Positions 26,833 to 30,834 of a stretch of DNA of 30,834 nt are shown here, piece after piece. The stretch's first letter is position 1; each line of letters starts with the position of its first letter. The notes beneath the pieces were generated by a model. That model saw only the letters and a list, made by a program, of their open reading frames with translations. It made no database searches and was not told the DNA's origin. The position numbers and the translations under genes are program-made. Location: contig JAZSIV010000033.1 in assembly GCA_045533995.1 (NCBI GenBank), forward strand, positions 1-30,834, written 5' to 3'. The DNA is from Eubacteriales bacterium (GTDB taxonomy: Bacteria > Bacillota > Clostridia > Oscillospirales > CAG-272).

Positions 26833-29800
26833 TTATTTTGCTAAACCAATAACAACGTAGTCATAAGACCCAATTGTATATGTGGTTCCGTTATAAACTG
26901 TTTTTACGTCATAGTTGTTGAAGTTAAGCAAGAATGCAACTCCGTTTTCATACTCTACGTATGCGATCTTGTTATCGTCAGACTGATACTTGTTAACAAC
27001 ATCTTCTTCAACCTCTTCAGTATTTTCTACAGCTGTGTTTTCCTTGGGAAGCTCATATTTTTCAACTCCCTCAAGCTTTCCGTCAACAGCATTGAAAACT
27101 GCTGTCTGTGTGAAGCTTAATACTTCATCAAGAAGAGCCTTGTTAGCATCGTACGCCTTGATTATTGCATCTGCCTTAACCTTAAGCTCAGAGAGGAACT
27201 CGGGAATAATGTCTTCCTTTGTTTCAAGAAGCTCGATCGCTTCCTTTGCAGCCTCTGCATTTGCCTTAAGTGTGTTAAGAGTCTTAACGATGCTATCTGT
27301 CTGTCTGTAAATATCGTTAACAAATCTTACTGCCGTATTAAGAGCCTTGGTGCAAGCACTTGTCTGCTTTTCTATCTCGGCATTCTTATCCTTGATAGCT
27401 GCGGCATTTGCGCTTGTATCCTTATTAAGCTCTTCAAGCTCAGCATTGAGAGTATCAAGCATAGCCTTTGCCTCTGTATAATCCTTAACAAGCTTTGCAA
27501 GCTCTTCGCTTCTTGCAATCTTAACCGTAGCTCCGCCCTCACCTGTTGTTTCAACATTCTTAAGGGTATCTACTGCTTTCTTAAGAGAATCAACTGTTGA
27601 CTCAAGAGCGCTGTAGTTTGTCATTATGTTCAAACGAGCATTTCTGAAATCAACTCTCTCTTTGTCACCGGCAGCCTGTGCAAGAGCTTCTTCAAGCTTG
27701 ATTGCTTCCTGAATTGCCGCCTCAGCATCTGCCATTAATTCATCCGCATCGGGAACACGTGTTCCTTCAACGAACTTATGGTCAACGATTGTAGATGTCT
27801 GAACAGAAGCAAGTACAGAATTAAGCTCGCTGTAAAGGCTTACAACGTCATCAAACCAGATGTCGTATCTGATAGAGTAGTACTGGCTGAGATCCTGGAA
27901 GTCCTTAAGGTTATCTGTATTGCGGTAGGACAAAATAAACTTAAGTGACGCACCGCTTTCGATAGACTTAAGAAGTGCATAATTGAGGTTTCCTTCCATA
28001 TTGATAGGATCACCTGCCATCTGAACGTAGCCGTGAAGAACTATTCCAAGGAAAGGAACTGCTGCTGCAGCCTGTGCATAACGGCTGGAGTCAAGTGCTA
28101 CCTCTGTTATATGGTCGAGATATTTCCATGTGTAAGAGTTACCGCCGGAAGCGAGAACGCTTGCATAATTGTCTGCCATATACTCAAGAGCCAGCATCGT
28201 ATACTTCTTTGCATCCTCACGGTTGTAAGGCTCATCCTCATCGAAGTCACTGTTAAGGGCATTTCCGAGTGTAGAAACGGAAATTCCGATAGGCTCATAA
28301 TCAAGATATTTAGATGTCAGCTTTTCATAGAATCTGTTATAGTAAGCAGGAGATACCGCAAGTTCAAAGTAGCTTATATATGTCTGCTTTGTTGCGCTGT
28401 ACTCACGCTTATTAGCATATCTGTTATCTATGGTCTTTACGATGTGATCGTTAAGAGTTACACCGTCAAAAAGACCTGTAGATGAAATGTATGCAAAGTC
28501 GAAGTCGGGATAAATTCCGAATCCTTCCTTCTTAGCATATTCGAGAAGCTCCTCAAAGCCGCTCTTTCCGCCAACTGCCTTTTCCCACTTAAGACCGTAA
28601 GGAACAGTGGAGTACATTCCGCCGTTTGCATATCCTGTCAAAATGAAATTGACATTGGTTATACCCTTTGCGGAAAGGTCACTATACATCGTTTGAACAT
28701 CCTCGAACGATGTAAGAGGTGTCATTACGTTTACAGGAATAGAAAGGAATCTTTCAACAGTGGGAATCGTTCCGAACGTTTCAATATAAAGAGGAATATC
28801 CTTTGAAACATCGTCTGCTGTAAGCTTTGTAAGAGTTCCGTTCTTTATGAGGTAGTCGCGGTAAGCGAAAGCCATACCAACATATGAGCACTCATAATAA
28901 TCTTTAATTCCCTTTTCCTCTGCAACCTCATCGGGTGTAAGAAGGATATACTTGATCTTATAGTTGCCTGTATATTTTCTCGAGGATACAACTGTCCATT
29001 CACTGTTGTTACCAACTGAAATAGCGTCTGCAACGTTATATGTATCCTGGGGACGAGGATATACAGTCATCTTAACAGTACTGTAATTGTTAGCTCTTAC
29101 TTCATGGTAAGAGGAGAGCTCCATCATAGCTTCGCCTTCTTCAACGATAGCTACAAAACCTCTGTTCTTAGTCTCGGTAATATCCTTTATTACGTCTCCG
29201 GTCTCCTCATCGATCTCCTGACCGATCACCTTTTCATAAGAATCAACAACACCGAAAACGGGATATCTTATTTCCTGCTGATGCTTACCTGTAATTGTAT
29301 GATAAGCGAAGTCCTGTCCGTAGACCTTTGCTGTTACGGTAGTAGAAGCATTTGTATCTACTATCTTTTCAAGGTCAAACAATGTACCTGAACCGTCAGG
29401 GAAGAATGTGTATCCTGCGCCTGAGTTTTCAGCAGCTCCCATATAAGGAAGAATATCAAGGCTTACCAAACGGTAAAGTGTTTCGTTGAATCGAATACCG
29501 TTTGCAGGAAGTCTTACCGAAAGACCGTCTTCAGTGAGGGTATACTCAAGAGCCATTCTGAACAGAGGAGGATTATCGTCCTCTGCAACGTATCCTGTCA
29601 AAAGGTGGTCTTCATCGAGGTTGTCGAAGGTATAGTCCGGAACGTATGTCTTGATATACTGCTCAAGTCTATTCTTATCAACGTCAGACGTCTTACCGTC
29701 AAGCATATAGAAGTCCATCTGCTTGAGAAGCGGATACTTGCTGAGCGCACTATCAAGGGTGTCTCCCGTGTAGTTCTCTTTGAATATGTCAACATAGAAC

Positions 29801-30492
29801 GCATCAAATTTTCTGTAGTCGTAAGAATCCTCACCCAAAGCCTCTTTAAGAGGAGCAAGGATCTTTTCTTCAAACGATGTTCTTTCGATCATCATAGGAA
29901 GGAGTATCTTTGACTGCTCACGACCGATAGAATATTCAACTCTTATACCGTTTTTAATATTCTTTATATCGATCTGCTCTCTCTTTGCAGCCTCTGTAAA
30001 GCTGTAAAAGAAGTTTTCTTCGTTAGAAGTTGTACTTGTATACTTTACAACTATCTGAGAAAGAAGCTGTTCCTTAACGGAATCTGCAGATTTTGTAGTA
30101 GCTACGTCATAGGGATTGGAGAAAAGAACCTCTCCGCTCTCTACATTTTCTACAGCTACCTCGCCCGAGTAAGCATCAATATACAGACGGTATCCGTCTT
30201 TTTCAAGACGAAGATCCATATATTCAAGTCTTTCCTCGGCTGTGTCAACAACGATCTTATCGCCGTTTTCATCAACAACGTATATCGGCTCACCTGTACC
30301 TTCATTAATTATGAGTTTTCCTTCCTCATCATAATCAAGAAGGTTACCGGTCATGTAGTTTAACGTCTGTCTGTCAGTATTCTTCTCGTATTTTGTTCCG
30401 GATACTTCGGCAGCAGATGTCAGCACACTAAACGAACTCAACAGCATGAGAACAGCTAAGAGAGTCGATACTATTTTATTAAATTTCTTCAT
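26833..30492 (-). CDS. Secreted DUF5696-type protein (putative glycosidase-like) with a long coiled-coil insertion
   Basis: 1219 aa with a signal peptide. Contains LPYMGA, FFPDGSGTL, YPVFG, TGYANGG, PFLGIVLHGY and the C-terminal YENGVAFLLNFN. Sits in the usual position between a YIP1-like gene and ABC permeases. Family recognised from memory. Confidence 0.7.
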   Translation of the reverse strand: MKKFNKIVSTLLAVLMLLSSFSVLTSAAEVSGTKYEKNTDRQTLNYMTGNLLDYDEEGKLIINEGTGEPIYVVDENGDKIVVDTAEERLEYMDLRLEKDGYRLYIDAYSGEVAVENVESGEVLFSNPYDVATTKSADSVKEQLLSQIVVKYTSTTSNEENFFYSFTEAAKREQIDIKNIKNGIRVEYSIGREQSKILLPMMIERTSFEEKILAPLKEALGEDSYDYRKFDAFYVDIFKENYTGDTLDSALSKYPLLKQMDFYMLDGKTSDVDKNRLEQYIKTYVPDYTFDNLDEDHLLTGYVAEDDNPPLFRMALEYTLTEDGLSVRLPANGIRFNETLYRLVSLDILPYMGAAENSGAGYTFFPDGSGTLFDLEKIVDTNASTTVTAKVYGQDFAYHTITGKHQQEIRYPVFGVVDSYEKVIGQEIDEETGDVIKDITETKNRGFVAIVEEGEAMMELSSYHEVRANNYSTVKMTVYPRPQDTYNVADAISVGNNSEWTVVSSRKYTGNYKIKYILLTPDEVAEEKGIKDYYECSYVGMAFAYRDYLIKNGTLTKLTADDVSKDIPLYIETFGTIPTVERFLSIPVNVMTPLTSFEDVQTMYSDLSAKGITNVNFILTGYANGGMYSTVPYGLKWEKAVGGKSGFEELLEYAKKEGFGIYPDFDFAYISSTGLFDGVTLNDHIVKTIDNRYANKREYSATKQTYISYFELAVSPAYYNRFYEKLTSKYLDYEPIGISVSTLGNALNSDFDEDEPYNREDAKKYTMLALEYMADNYASVLASGGNSYTWKYLDHITEVALDSSRYAQAAAAVPFLGIVLHGYVQMAGDPINMEGNLNYALLKSIESGASLKFILSYRNTDNLKDFQDLSQYYSIRYDIWFDDVVSLYSELNSVLASVQTSTIVDHKFVEGTRVPDADELMADAEAAIQEAIKLEEALAQAAGDKERVDFRNARLNIMTNYSALESTVDSLKKAVDTLKNVETTGEGGATVKIARSEELAKLVKDYTEAKAMLDTLNAELEELNKDTSANAAAIKDKNAEIEKQTSACTKALNTAVRFVNDIYRQTDSIVKTLNTLKANAEAAKEAIELLETKEDIIPEFLSELKVKADAIIKAYDANKALLDEVLSFTQTAVFNAVDGKLEGVEKYELPKENTAVENTEEVEEDVVNKYQSDDNKIAYVEYENGVAFLLNFNNYDVKTVYNGTTYTIGSYDYVVIGLAK

Positions 30493-30513
30493 ATCATCAT
30501 CCTCCTATCTGTT

Positions 30514-30834
30514 TTACATTCTGAATTGCAACTCATCAATAATATTTGTAACAAAGCTTATAAGCTTGCCAAGAAGAGTTGAGAAGAGTATTGCGATGAA
30601 CATTATACAAATCATAGCCACTATTGTAGCCAAAACCGTTAATAGGTTTTTACCTATTGAATAATCGTGTGTTACCATTACACCGCATACAAGAAGCAAT
30701 GCCATCCAAATGAACGCAAAGGTTATAAGGAGAGAAAGAATATCTGTCTCAGTGGCAATAACAAAGTTTGATGCAATTGTTACGGGAATTACGAAGATCA
30801 AGAAAGGTGTAAGTGAATACGCAGCCGTAACGAA
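30514..30834 (-). CDS. YIP1-family membrane protein, 3' part only (gene runs past the window edge)
   Basis: The open frame continues to the window end (FVTAAYSLTPFLIFVIP...THDYSIGKNLLT...ISFVTNIIDELQFRM). Hydrophobic, and typical of genes preceding DUF5696. Confidence 0.7.
   Translation of the reverse strand, partial: FVTAAYSLTPFLIFVIPVTIASNFVIATETDILSLLITFAFIWMALLLVCGVMVTHDYSIGKNLLTVLATIVAMICIMFIAILFSTLLGKLISFVTNIIDELQFRM

Overview
A 30.8 kb chromosomal window from a low-GC Gram-positive anaerobe, probably Clostridia. That assignment is inferred from the gene families, AGGAGG-type ribosome binding sites (RBS) and sigma-A promoters. Most of the window is housekeeping or metabolic: serA-serC, a divergent ThyX-fold gene, a Dabb protein, trpS, a stand-alone PTS IIC-like protein, a beta-helix lipoprotein, a PHP protein, a phosphopantetheinyl transferase (PPTase), icd with an aconitase-like hydratase, a metallophosphoesterase, a CPBP protease, tadA, an APC permease, and part of a YIP1/DUF5696/ABC carbohydrate cluster. 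The standout is a compact 7-gene, 7.0 kb phage-derived module at 9761-16765, whose ORFs all look intact. It reads small terminase, large terminase, nozzle/DNA-stabilisation-like protein, portal, scaffold, major capsid protein, and adaptor, all of podovirus (P22/T7-like) type. It lies between the PPTase gene and icd. I see no integrase, replication, repressor, lysis, tail-fibre or att features, and it ends at a terminator shared with icd. The best interpretation, which is inference, is a domesticated DNA-packaging particle: a candidate gene transfer agent (GTA)-like system. All protein calls come from motif recognition; no database searches were run.
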